Origin: Eubacteriales bacterium
GTDB lineage: Bacteria; Bacillota; Clostridia; Oscillospirales; CAG-272
Length of the DNA: 56,082 bases
Direction: 5' to 3'
NCBI GenBank assembly: GCA_045637265.1
Contig: JAZTZC010000470.1
Coordinates: 1 to 56,082 of the forward strand
This document shows, in pieces, positions 44,326-53,091 of this stretch. Each line of letters starts with the position of its first letter. Within the stretch, counting starts at the first letter, position 1. Position numbers and translations under genes: made by a program. The notes beneath the pieces are model-generated. The model was not told the origin of the DNA, did no database searches, and worked only from the letters and a program-made list of their open reading frames with translations.

Positions 44326-46086
44326 ATGGACTATACATGGGACTTATCCGTACTTTACGAGGGTTTTGATGCGCCCGCTTTTGCAGAGGATCTTGCAGCA
44401 CTTGACGCTGTGATCGCGTCTGTCAACGCATTTTCCGCTGAGGAAATGCCTGCCTGCGCAAACGCATTCCTGCACCGCTATATCGATCTTTACGAGCAGG
44501 TCAACACCCTTGCGACCAAGCTGATCTGCTATACCCAGCTGCGCTCTGCCGCAAATACGGCTGACATGGAAGCGGCAAGCATGATGGGCAATCTGATGAT
44601 GAAGCTCAGCGCAACTGCCGCAGCCGACACGGTGCTGCAGCAGAAGGTTGCTTCTATCGAAAACCTTCAAGTCATCATCGATGAAGACGAAGGTTTGCAC
44701 GAATACCGTTTCCTGCTGGAATCGATCAAGCGCGAAAACCGCTATCTGCTCTCCGACCGTGAGGAAGCGCTGTTTGCTCGCCTGAACATCTCCGGCGCAT
44801 CCGCATGGTCTGATATGCGTGACTATCTGACCTCATCGGTCAAGACCGATTACCGCGGTGAGCAGATCACGCTGACCGAGGTACGCAACCTCGCGTATGA
44901 TGCTGATCCCACGGTAAGAAAAGACGCTTACGACGCAGAGCTTGCATGCTATGACAAGGTCCGGGATGCCGTTGCATTCTCGCTCAACTCCATCAAGCAG
45001 CAGGTTCTGACCGACTGTGACGTGCGCGGCTACGAATCCCCGCTTGACAAGGCGCTCAAGGCATCCCGTATGAAGCGCGAAACGCTCGATGCCCTCCTTG
45101 GCGCAATGGTCGATTATATGCCTGTATTCCGCAAGTACCTCCGTGCCAAGGCAAAGGCGCTCGGTCATGAGGGCGGACTTCCCTGGTGGGATCTGTTCGC
45201 ACCGATGGGCGGACTGGACAAGAAGTATACCGTTGAGGAAGCAAAGAACTATCTGCTGGAAATCTTTGCCGGCTTTGACGCTGAAATGCACGAGTTGGTC
45301 AAGGCTTCTTTTGAGGAACGCCGCATTGACTTTTATCCGCGTGAGGGCAAGGTCGGCGGTGCGTTTGACATGGGTATCGCACCGATCGGACAGAGCCGCG
45401 TGCTGACCAACTTTGACGGCGCGTTCGGCGATATCGTCACGCTGGCCCATGAGCTCGGTCACTCCTTCCACGATCTGATGGTCTTCTCGCACTCTCCGCT
45501 GACGCAGGACTACACGATGCCTGTTGCGGAAACCGCATCGACCTTCAACGAAACGCTCGTCACGGGAACTGCCATTGCACGCGCAACCGACAAGAACGAA
45601 AAGCTGGCGCTGCTTGAATCCCGTCTGCAGGATGCAACGCAGATCATCTGTGATATCTACTCCCGTTACCTGTTTGAAGCATCCGTATTTGAGCACAGAA
45701 AGGGCGAATTCCTCGATGCAGACCGTCTCTGCGCGCTGATGCTCGATGCACAGAAGACAGCTTACGGAGAGGGTCTGGACGAATCTACCCTCCATCCCTA
45801 CATGTGGGTCTGCAAGAGCCATTATTACTCCGGCGGACTTTCCTTCTATAACTTCCCCTATGCGTTCGGCGGTCTGTTCGCGCGCGGTCTTTACGCAAAG
45901 TATGAAGAAATGGGCGCGGACTTTGTCCCGATGTACAAAAAGCTGCTCAATGCCACCTCCGTCTGCACGGTTGAGGATGCCGCCGCGATTGCAGGCATTG
46001 ATCTGACGGACAAGGCATTCTGGGCAGCCGGTCTTGCCGCTTTTGCCGAGGACGTCGAGCAGTTCTGCGCGCTGGTGGAAGCGTAA
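44326..46086 (+). CDS. pepF: M3B family oligoendopeptidase F
   Basis: Zinc motif HELGHSFH and M3-family overall length. AAAGGAG lies 9 nt before the ATG at 44326. Confidence 0.88.
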   Translation: MDYTWDLSVLYEGFDAPAFAEDLAALDAVIASVNAFSAEEMPACANAFLHRYIDLYEQVNTLATKLICYTQLRSAANTADMEAASMMGNLMMKLSATAAADTVLQQKVASIENLQVIIDEDEGLHEYRFLLESIKRENRYLLSDREEALFARLNISGASAWSDMRDYLTSSVKTDYRGEQITLTEVRNLAYDADPTVRKDAYDAELACYDKVRDAVAFSLNSIKQQVLTDCDVRGYESPLDKALKASRMKRETLDALLGAMVDYMPVFRKYLRAKAKALGHEGGLPWWDLFAPMGGLDKKYTVEEAKNYLLEIFAGFDAEMHELVKASFEERRIDFYPREGKVGGAFDMGIAPIGQSRVLTNFDGAFGDIVTLAHELGHSFHDLMVFSHSPLTQDYTMPVAETASTFNETLVTGTAIARATDKNEKLALLESRLQDATQIICDIYSRYLFEASVFEHRKGEFLDADRLCALMLDAQKTAYGEGLDESTLHPYMWVCKSHYYSGGLSFYNFPYAFGGLFARGLYAKYEEMGADFVPMYKKLLNATSVCTVEDAAAIAGIDLTDKAFWAAGLAAFAEDVEQFCALVEA

Positions 46087-46095
46087 CTGCTATAT

Positions 46096-46143
46096 ATGCA
46101 TTGAATATGCATAATATATAGAGAAACTGACATAAATATGCAT
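46096..46143. promoter_or_regulatory. Cluster of ATGCAT palindromes (possible ArgR/AhrC-type operator)
   Basis: ATGCAT at 46096, 46107 and 46138. TGCATTGAATATGCA resembles an ARG box (TGAAT-N-ATTCA) with G/C swaps. Confidence 0.35.
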
Positions 46144-46264
46144 TTTGACGAATATCGGGAAAAGCTCTGCTGTTTTCTGTATTCTTGACATGAGAATTTT
46201 GCGTAATTGTTCTATCTGCATAGTGTGGTGCAAAGAACATATCTGTTTTTCGTCATTCTGCATC

Positions 46265-46293
46265 TTGCATTTTTCTCTGAAATATTGTATAAT
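46265..46293 (+). promoter_or_regulatory. Probable argG promoter
   Basis: TTGCAT, a 17-nt spacer, then TATAAT (46288-46293), 52 nt upstream of the argG ATG. Confidence 0.6.
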
Positions 46294-46344
46294 TATACCA
46301 TCATTTTGATAAATAATGACTTTATATAAAGAAAGGCAAACATC

Positions 46345-47571
46345 ATGAAAAAGGAAAACATCAAAAAAGTCGTTCTCGCCTACTCCGGCGGTCTGGATAC
46401 TTCCATCATCATTCCGTGGCTGAAGGAAAACTACAACAACTGTGAAGTTATCGCAGTTTCCGGCAACGTCGGTCAGGGTACCGAGCTTGACGGTCTGGAA
46501 GAAAAGGCAATCAAGACCGGCGCTTCCAAGCTGTACATTGAGGACCTGCGCGAAGAATACATCACCGAATTCATCTGGCCGTGTCTGAAGGCTGACGCAA
46601 AGTATGAAGACTACCTGCTGGGTACCTCCGATGCACGTCCCTGCATCGCAAAGCGTCTTGTTGAAATCGCGCTCGCAGAAGGCGCTGACGCGATCTGCCA
46701 CGGCTGTACCGGTAAGGGTAACGACCAGGTTCGTTTCGAGCTGACCATCAAGGCATTCGCACCCGATATGGCAATCATCGCTCCGTGGCGTGAATGGGAT
46801 ATCAAGTCCCGTGACGAAGAAATCGACTACGCGGAAGCACACAACATTCCCTTAAAGATCAACCGCGAAACCAACTACTCCAAGGATAAGAACATCTGGC
46901 ACCTGTCCCACGAGGGTATGGACCTCGAAAGCCCGGCAAACGAGCCGCAGTACAACAAGGAAGGCTTCCTTGAACTGAGCGTCTCCCCCGAACAGGCACC
47001 CGATGAACCTACCTATGTCACCATCCACTTTGAAAAGGGTATTCCGACTGCTGTCAACGGCGTCGAAATGAAGCCGATCGAGCTCGTTGAAACGCTGAAC
47101 GAGATCGGCGGCAAGAACGGCATCGGTCTGCTCGATATCGTTGAAAACCGTCTCGTCGGTATGAAGAGCCGCGGTGTTTACGAAACGCCCGCAGGTACCA
47201 TCCTTTATAAGGCACACAATGTCCTCGAGACCATCTGCCTTGATAAGGAAACCTTCCACTTCCAGCAGGCTATGATCGCGCCGAAGATGGCTGATCTCGT
47301 TTACAACGGTCAGTGGTTCACACCTCTGCGTGAATCCCTCTGCGCATTTGTTGACAAGACCCAGGAAACCGTCACCGGTGACGTCAAGCTCAAGCTCTAC
47401 AAGGGCAACCTCATCAACGCAGGTGTCACCTCTCCCTATACGCTGTACGATGAACAGACCGCGTCCTTCGGTGAGGATGAAGACTACAATCAGGCAGATT
47501 CCGCAGGCTTTATCAACCTCTTCGGTCTCCCGATCAAGGTCAAGGCAAAGCTCGACGCGAACCGCAAGTAA
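46345..47571 (+). CDS. argG: Argininosuccinate synthase
   Basis: [12 protein letters not shown]...[13 protein letters not shown]...[16 protein letters not shown]. Confidence 0.96.
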   Translation: MKKENIKKVVLAYSGGLDTSIIIPWLKENYNNCEVIAVSGNVGQGTELDGLEEKAIKTGASKLYIEDLREEYITEFIWPCLKADAKYEDYLLGTSDARPCIAKRLVEIALAEGADAICHGCTGKGNDQVRFELTIKAFAPDMAIIAPWREWDIKSRDEEIDYAEAHNIPLKINRETNYSKDKNIWHLSHEGMDLESPANEPQYNKEGFLELSVSPEQAPDEPTYVTIHFEKGIPTAVNGVEMKPIELVETLNEIGGKNGIGLLDIVENRLVGMKSRGVYETPAGTILYKAHNVLETICLDKETFHFQQAMIAPKMADLVYNGQWFTPLRESLCAFVDKTQETVTGDVKLKLYKGNLINAGVTSPYTLYDEQTASFGEDEDYNQADSAGFINLFGLPIKVKAKLDANRK

Positions 47572-47584
47572 GAATAAAATAGTC

Positions 47585-47630
47585 AAAGGGCTGTTGCGGC
47601 AGAATGTGACAGCCCTTTTGGTCATTTTTT
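47585..47630 (+). terminator. Hairpin / weak terminator between argG and argH
   Basis: The stem aaagggctgt...acagcccttt is followed by tggtcatttttt. Confidence 0.6.
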
Positions 47631-47650
47631 GAAGCAAGGAGACAACCACC

Positions 47651-49018
47651 ATGAAAATGTGGGCAGGAAGATTTTCCAAAGATGTTGACACCCGCGTCAA
47701 CGATTTCAACTCATCCATTTCCTTTGACTGCCGGATGTACCGACAGGACATCACGGGCAGCATCGCACATGCGACGATGCTCGGTGAATGCGGCATCATC
47801 GCAAAGGAAGAATCCGAAAAAATTATCGCAGGACTGCAGGGCATCCTCTCCGACCTTGACTCCGGCGCGCTGGAGATCAATCCGGAGGCCGAGGATATCC
47901 ACATGTTTGTGGAAGAAGTGCTGACATCCCGCATCGGCGATACGGGCAAGCGCCTTCATACCGCGCGTTCCCGCAATGACCAGGTCGCACTCGATATCCG
48001 CATGTACTGCAAGTACGAAATCGGCGAGATCATCGCCCTTGTCAAAAACCTGCTTTCCGCAATTGTTGACAAGGCAGAGGAACACATCGATACCGTTATG
48101 TCGGGCTACACGCATCTGCAGAGAGCACAGCCCGTGACGTTTGCACACTATGTGCTTGCGTATGCGCAGATGTTCATGCGTGACATCGACCGCCTTTCCG
48201 ATACCTATCGCCGCACCGATGTGATGCCGCTCGGCTCGGGTGCGCTGGCATCGACCACGTATCCGATCAACCGTGAGCGTGTGGCAGAACTGCTCGGCTT
48301 CCCGGCGGTCACCCTCAACTCCATCGACGGCGTTTCCGACCGCGATTTCGTTTTAGAATTTGCATCTGACCTGTCCATTCTGATGATGCACATGAGCCGT
48401 TTTGCAGAGGAAATCATCCTCTGGTGCTCCTCCGAATTTGCGTTCCTCGAACTGGATGATGCGTATTCCACCGGCTCCTCGATCATGCCGCAGAAGAAGA
48501 ACCCTGATGTCGCAGAGCTTGTCGGCGGTAAGACGGGCAGAGTTTACGGCGATCTGCAGACGCCGCTTGTCATGATGAAGGGACTTCCGCTTGCGTACAA
48601 CAAGGACATGCAGGAAGATAAAGAGGCGATTTTCGATGCGATTGACAACACCAAGATCGCCGTTGAGGTCTTCACCTCGATGTTCGCAACGATGACGGTC
48701 AAGCGTGACAATTTGAGAAAAGCGGCTTCCGGCGGCTTCATCAATGCGACCGACTGTGCTGACTATCTCGTCAAGCAGGGTATGCCGTTCCGTGCGGCGT
48801 ATAAGATCGTCGGCGGTATCGTCGCGTACTGCATTGCAAACGAAAAGACGCTGGAAACGATGACACTCGACGAATACCGCACGTTCTCCGATGTGTTCGG
48901 CGAGGATATCTTCGAGGCGATCAGCCTTGAAACCTGTGTGAACGGCAGATGTGTCACGGGCGGTCCTGCAAGAGAGTCTGTCCTGCGTCAGATCGCGGCG
49001 GTAAAGGCGGTGCTCTGA
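47651..49018 (+). CDS. argH: Argininosuccinate lyase
   Basis: MWAGRFSK...TARSRNDQV...GSSIMPQKKNPD (fumarate lyase signature). Confidence 0.96.
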   Translation: MKMWAGRFSKDVDTRVNDFNSSISFDCRMYRQDITGSIAHATMLGECGIIAKEESEKIIAGLQGILSDLDSGALEINPEAEDIHMFVEEVLTSRIGDTGKRLHTARSRNDQVALDIRMYCKYEIGEIIALVKNLLSAIVDKAEEHIDTVMSGYTHLQRAQPVTFAHYVLAYAQMFMRDIDRLSDTYRRTDVMPLGSGALASTTYPINRERVAELLGFPAVTLNSIDGVSDRDFVLEFASDLSILMMHMSRFAEEIILWCSSEFAFLELDDAYSTGSSIMPQKKNPDVAELVGGKTGRVYGDLQTPLVMMKGLPLAYNKDMQEDKEAIFDAIDNTKIAVEVFTSMFATMTVKRDNLRKAASGGFINATDCADYLVKQGMPFRAAYKIVGGIVAYCIANEKTLETMTLDEYRTFSDVFGEDIFEAISLETCVNGRCVTGGPARESVLRQIAAVKAVL

Positions 49019-49019
49019 T

Positions 49020-49511
49020 ATGGCAAAGTCCAGATTTGACTCCCGTACAAAGCTTTTGCTCGGTGTCATCGCTGTTCTGCTTGCGGCTGTTGTGATTTGT
49101 CTGGTCATGACCGTGGAATCAAAATCGGAACTCAAAAACACGATGACAAATCTGAGCCGTTCCAGTGCACATTACGCGGCAGAATCCTTCAACTCATTCA
49201 ATAACGGCGGCGAGGACTATCTCTATACGGCAGCAGTTGCCGACTTCAATAATTTCCTGTGTACCTTCTATCAGGTGCACGGAGACGATATGAACGAGGA
49301 ATTCCTCGTCATCAATGAGGTCTACGGACAGTTGGTTATGAATTCCGACGTTGCAAAAACATGGATTCCGCTGCTCTGCCATGTACTGGACAATTTGGCT
49401 GACGATCTGACCAATGCACATGCACATGAGGAGCTTGCAAACATCCGCAATGCACTCATCGAAAACCGTGCGGCAGCCGAGGAAGATCTGACCCATTCCC
49501 ACGAACATTGA
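49020..49511 (+). CDS. Hypothetical membrane-anchored protein
   Basis: 163 aa with one N-terminal TM helix ([19 protein letters not shown]). Tightly packed between argH and the hydratase gene. Confidence 0.6.
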   Translation: MAKSRFDSRTKLLLGVIAVLLAAVVICLVMTVESKSELKNTMTNLSRSSAHYAAESFNSFNNGGEDYLYTAAVADFNNFLCTFYQVHGDDMNEEFLVINEVYGQLVMNSDVAKTWIPLLCHVLDNLADDLTNAHAHEELANIRNALIENRAAAEEDLTHSHEH

Positions 49512-49549
49512 TCGATTTTCATAAACTCCAAACAGAGAGGTATATTCCC

Positions 49550-51838
49550 ATGATTGAGAAACTCAACGGCGGCGCATATCTTGTCGACGGCGAAACGCTG
49601 GTTACCGACGTATCTGCGCTGGATGCGATGGGCATCCGTACAACGAAAGAAGAAGCAAAGAACAATACCATGGCGTGGTCGATTCTGTCTGCGCACAATA
49701 TATCGGGAGACGACAGCCAGCTCAAAATCAAGTTTGACGCGATGGCATCCCACGATATCACCTATGTCGGCATCATCCAGACAGCACGTGCCAGCGGTCT
49801 GACGGAATTTCCGCTGCCGTATGTGCTGACCAACTGCCACAACAGTCTGTGCGCGGTCGGCGGTACGATCAACGAAGATGACCATGTTTTCGGTCTTTCT
49901 GCCGCAAAGAAGTACGGCGGCAATTTCGTCCCCGCACACCTTGCCGTCATTCACTCCTATATGCGTGAAATGATGTCCGGCTGCGGCAAAATGATCCTCG
50001 GCTCCGACAGCCATACCCGTTACGGTGCGCTCGGTACAATGGCAATCGGCGAAGGCGGTCCGGAACTCGTCAAACAGCTTTGCCGCCGTACCTATGACAT
50101 TGCACGTCCCGAGGTCGTCGGTGTCTATCTGACGGGCAAGCCGTCTCACGGTGTCGGTCCGCAGGACGTGGCTCTCGCGCTGATCGGTGCGACGTTTGCC
50201 GACGGATTTGTCAAGAACCGCGTGCTCGAATTTGTCGGTGACGGTATTGCAGGTCTCCCGATCGAATTCCGCAACGGCATCGACGTTATGACCACCGAAA
50301 CCACCTGCCTGTCTTCCATCTGGGTCACCGACGAGGAAACCCACCGCTACTTCGCTGTCCACGGCAGAGAAAACGAATACAAGAAGCTCACACCCGGTAA
50401 GGTTGCCTACTATGACCGCGTTGTCAAGATCGATCTTTCCGCACTTGAGCCGATGATCGCCCTGCCGTTCCATCCCTCCAATGTTTATACCATCCGTGAG
50501 CTGAACGAAAATGCACGCGACATTCTCCGCAAGGTTGAACTTTCCGCCGCAGAACAGCTCGAAACGCCGAATCTGACCTTTACGCTGACCGATAAAATCG
50601 CGCCCGACGGACGTGTGCTCGTCGATCAGGGTGTCATTGCAGGCTGTGCCGGCGGTACCTATTATAACCTCGCCATTGCCGCAAACATTCTCGACGGCGC
50701 ATCTACCGGCTGCGGCGCGTTCCAGTTGTCCGCATATCCGGCAAGCCAGCCCGTCAATCTCGCACTTGTACGTTCCGGCGCGGCTGAAACGCTGCTCTCT
50801 GCAGGTGTTACCCTGCGTACCGCGTTCTGCGGACCGTGCTTCGGTGCAGGTGACGTTCCGTCCAACGGCGGTCTGTCGATTCGCCATTCTACGAGAAACT
50901 TCCCGAACCGCGAAGGCTCCAAGCCCTCCGGCGGTCAGATCGCATCCGTTGCGCTGATGGATGCTCGTTCCATTGCGGCAACCGCTGCAAACGGCGGTGT
51001 GCTGACCTCTGCCGCAGAGATTGACTACTGTGAATCCATTCCCGAATACAAGTTTGACGGTTCCATCTACAACAAGCGCTGCTACTTCGGCTGGGGCAAG
51101 CCCGAAACCGATGCCGCGCTGAAGTTCGGTCCGAACATTGCGGACTGGCCGAAGATGGAAGCGCTGACCGACGATCTGCTGCTGCGTGTTGCATCGGTCA
51201 TCACCGACCCTGTTACCACAACGGATGAGTTGATTCCGTCGGGCGAAACATCGTCCTACCGTTCCAATCCGCTGAAGCTCGCCGAATTTGCACTTTCCCG
51301 CAAGGATCCTGCCTATGTCGGACGCGCAAAGGAGGTCAAGATGCTCGAAAATATGCGTCTGGACGGTGTCGAACCTGCTCCCATCAAGGAAATTTACGAT
51401 GTTATCCGTACCTTTGACGGAAAGGAAGCCCTCGATGCATCCCGCGTCGGTATCGGTACGCTCGTATACGCAAACAAGCCCGGTGACGGCTCTGCCAGAG
51501 AACAGGCTGCTTCCTGCCAGAAGGTACTCGGCGGCTGGGCAAATATTGCGGTAGAATACGCAACCAAGCGGTACCGTTCCAACCTTATCAACTGGGGTAT
51601 GTTGCCCTTCGTCTTTGCGGATGCAAAGCAGGCAGAAGCCCTGCCGTTTGGTATCGGCGACTGGATTTTTGTCCCCGATGTCCGCCGCGCCGTTGCCGAA
51701 AAGGCAGAGACGATCACGGCATATACCGTCAAAGCAGACGGCACGAAGACAGAATTTGTCCTCACACTGGGTGCATTGACCGACGATGAACGCAAGATCA
51801 TCCTCGATGGCTGTTTGATCAACTATTATAACAATTAA
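49550..51838 (+). CDS. Aconitase-family hydratase (fused large and swivel domains)
   Basis: GSDSHT, CGPCFG and [10 protein letters not shown] motifs are typical of aconitase/IPM isomerase superfamily enzymes. I chose the start at ATG 49550, after GAGAGG. Confidence 0.8.
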   Translation: MIEKLNGGAYLVDGETLVTDVSALDAMGIRTTKEEAKNNTMAWSILSAHNISGDDSQLKIKFDAMASHDITYVGIIQTARASGLTEFPLPYVLTNCHNSLCAVGGTINEDDHVFGLSAAKKYGGNFVPAHLAVIHSYMREMMSGCGKMILGSDSHTRYGALGTMAIGEGGPELVKQLCRRTYDIARPEVVGVYLTGKPSHGVGPQDVALALIGATFADGFVKNRVLEFVGDGIAGLPIEFRNGIDVMTTETTCLSSIWVTDEETHRYFAVHGRENEYKKLTPGKVAYYDRVVKIDLSALEPMIALPFHPSNVYTIRELNENARDILRKVELSAAEQLETPNLTFTLTDKIAPDGRVLVDQGVIAGCAGGTYYNLAIAANILDGASTGCGAFQLSAYPASQPVNLALVRSGAAETLLSAGVTLRTAFCGPCFGAGDVPSNGGLSIRHSTRNFPNREGSKPSGGQIASVALMDARSIAATAANGGVLTSAAEIDYCESIPEYKFDGSIYNKRCYFGWGKPETDAALKFGPNIADWPKMEALTDDLLLRVASVITDPVTTTDELIPSGETSSYRSNPLKLAEFALSRKDPAYVGRAKEVKMLENMRLDGVEPAPIKEIYDVIRTFDGKEALDASRVGIGTLVYANKPGDGSAREQAASCQKVLGGWANIAVEYATKRYRSNLINWGMLPFVFADAKQAEALPFGIGDWIFVPDVRRAVAEKAETITAYTVKADGTKTEFVLTLGALTDDERKIILDGCLINYYNN

Positions 51839-51844
51839 CGAAAC

Positions 51845-51881
51845 ATCCCCGCACGGTCATTGCCTGACGCTGTGCGGGGAT
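51845..51881. terminator. 10-bp stem hairpin after the hydratase gene
   Basis: atccccgcac...gtgcggggat. It is followed by tgttc on + and gtttcgtt on -. It may also stop the convergent toxin transcript. Confidence 0.6.
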
Positions 51882-51895
51882 TGTTCAAAAATCCA

Positions 51896-51924
51896 TTGAC
51901 AAAGCTTTTTATCTGTGGTATAAT
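51896..51924 (+). promoter_or_regulatory. Perfect consensus sigma-A promoter of a non-coding transcript
   Basis: TTGACA (51896-51901), a 17-nt spacer aagctttttatctgtgg, then TATAAT (51919-51924). Confidence 0.75.
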
Positions 51925-51930
51925 AAAGAT

Positions 51931-52016
51931 ACAGAAAGCACCGGTGACGGTACTTCCCGATTTTGGTTAAGAATTAACCGCCTCGTTTGGAAGCTGAGGG
52001 CGGTTAATTCTTTTTA
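51931..52016 (+). ncRNA. Candidate antitoxin sRNA (about 86 nt) antisense to the 3' end of the small toxin ORF
   Basis: It starts about 7 nt after the -10 box and contains no ORF. It ends in a 12-bp stem (gaattaaccgcc 51971-51982 / ggcggttaattc 51999-52010) plus TTTTT (52011-52015). The terminator overlaps the stop and last codons of the minus-strand peptide gene. Confidence 0.6.
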
Positions 52017-52093
52017 TTATGATTATCAATGTAAGTCATCAGTGCAAGGATAAATCCGGCAAAAAGGAATAACACATCCCAAGTAACAAACAC
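52004..52093 (-). CDS. Candidate type I toxin: 29-aa hydrophobic peptide (holin-like-toxin style)
   Basis: GTG at 52093 lies 7 nt after GAGGGGAGG. Translation: MFVTWDVLFLFAGFILALMTYIDNHNKKN*. One predicted TM helix plus a polar/basic tail. The 63-aa ORF-track version (to 52195) lacks an RBS. Confidence 0.55.
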   Translation of the reverse strand: MFVTWDVLFLFAGFILALMTYIDNHNKKN

Positions 52094-52100
52094 GATCACA

Positions 52101-52161
52101 CCTCCCCTCATCGAGGAGGCAAAACAAAAAGATTTGCATCCCCGTTTCTGGTTCGGGGATG
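52101..52161 (-). promoter_or_regulatory. Structured 5' leader: terminator-like hairpin plus SD-sequestering hairpin
   Basis: The minus-strand RNA reads CAUCCCCG-aaccagaaa-CGGGGAUG followed by CAAAUCUUUUUGUUUU (52161-52121). GCCUCCUC-gau-GAGGGGAGG (52120-52101) then pairs an anti-SD with the SD. Confidence 0.55.
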
Positions 52162-52213
52162 TACCGCCACCGTACTGGTGCTTTCCGAGTGCCATGATTG
52201 CGACACCATGGAT

Positions 52214-52242
52214 ATTATATCATAGAACTGATGATTTGTCAA
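52214..52242 (-). promoter_or_regulatory. Perfect consensus sigma-A promoter of the toxin mRNA
   Basis: The minus strand reads TTGACA (52242-52237), a 17-nt spacer aatcatcagttctatga, then TATAAT (52219-52214). Confidence 0.75.
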
Positions 52243-52406
52243 TCTGAACAGAAGGATGAATGAAAGAAAAGGTGCCGTACCCAATGGGTGATATTCTTAT
52301 CGGAGGAATCACCATATCGAAAAGTTTCCACCGACCAACTAATGGTTTTGTGGGAACTTTATTTATATATGCAGAAGAAACGGCTATGAAAAGGCTTGTC
52401 AGATTG

Positions 52407-52826
52407 TCAAGCTAAGTGCAACATTTTTAAAAAATCATTCGCTTCTCTTAACATTTGTTTTGTGTTTTCAAAAGTTAATTCTTGAAGAGCGAGGTCAAAA
52501 GGAAACAGTAAGTATTCAAAATCCTCGAAGTCATTATTCCGTTTCGGCGTTTGATTTTTAAAATTCGCCAAGAAATATATGACCGTTTTTGTATTGCCAT
52601 TATCCATTTGATAAGATATTTCATAACGAAAATCTCTGTTGATCTGTACGTTAACGGAAGTTTCTTCCAATGTTTCCCGAAGTGCGGTTTCTTCCTTGCT
52701 CTCATTTGCTTCAACATGACCTTTTGGAAAACCGCAATACTCATCATCTTTTGCTTTTACAAGCAAGTAATGAATCGTTCCGTTATTGATCGTGTACGGT
52801 ATTGTTCCACAAGATTTTTCAAGCAT
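52407..52826 (-). CDS. Nudix hydrolase, NUDT2-like bis(5'-nucleosyl)-tetraphosphatase (Ap4A hydrolase)
   Basis: SCGTIPY...YLLVK...GFPKGHVEANESKEETALRETLEETSV is a Nudix box very close to the animal/bacterial Ap4A hydrolase pattern (PKGHVEPGE..ALRET.EE.G). The gene is conspicuously AT-rich. Confidence 0.85.
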   Translation of the reverse strand: MLEKSCGTIPYTINNGTIHYLLVKAKDDEYCGFPKGHVEANESKEETALRETLEETSVNVQINRDFRYEISYQMDNGNTKTVIYFLANFKNQTPKRNNDFEDFEYLLFPFDLALQELTFENTKQMLREANDFLKMLHLA

Positions 52827-53091
52827 TGGTGTTCCCCTTTTATCGCCAGTTTCGCATTTGTTTTACAAATGCATTGGGCAATGCCCACGCCCCTATTATA
52901 CCACATAAACAGTAGAAAATCAATATGCGGTTTTTATATTTTAGCGTTCTCCGTTAAGAACAACAGAGAAACCCGTACAGCACCTTGTTTCTATTCCTGA
53001 TAAAATAATGAGAAAATTTCCAAAATCTACTTGCGCGGAACGTCATTTTGTGGTATAGTTAATAGAACGAAAATCGCGGAGGTACTTCCAC

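Noticed and set aside
52004-52195. 63-aa version of the small ORF starting at ATG 52195
   Set aside because: That ATG lies only about 12 nt after the predicted transcription start and has no RBS. Its N-terminal 34 codons coincide with the leader hairpins. The internal GTG 52093 behind GAGGGGAGG is the credible start, and ATG 52111 also lacks an RBS.
52284-52415. 43-aa plus-strand ORF (MGDILIGGITISKSF...) between the toxin promoter and the Nudix gene
   Set aside because: It has only a weak AAGGTG, no promoter that I can see, no recognisable features, and it overlaps the Nudix stop. The evidence is insufficient.
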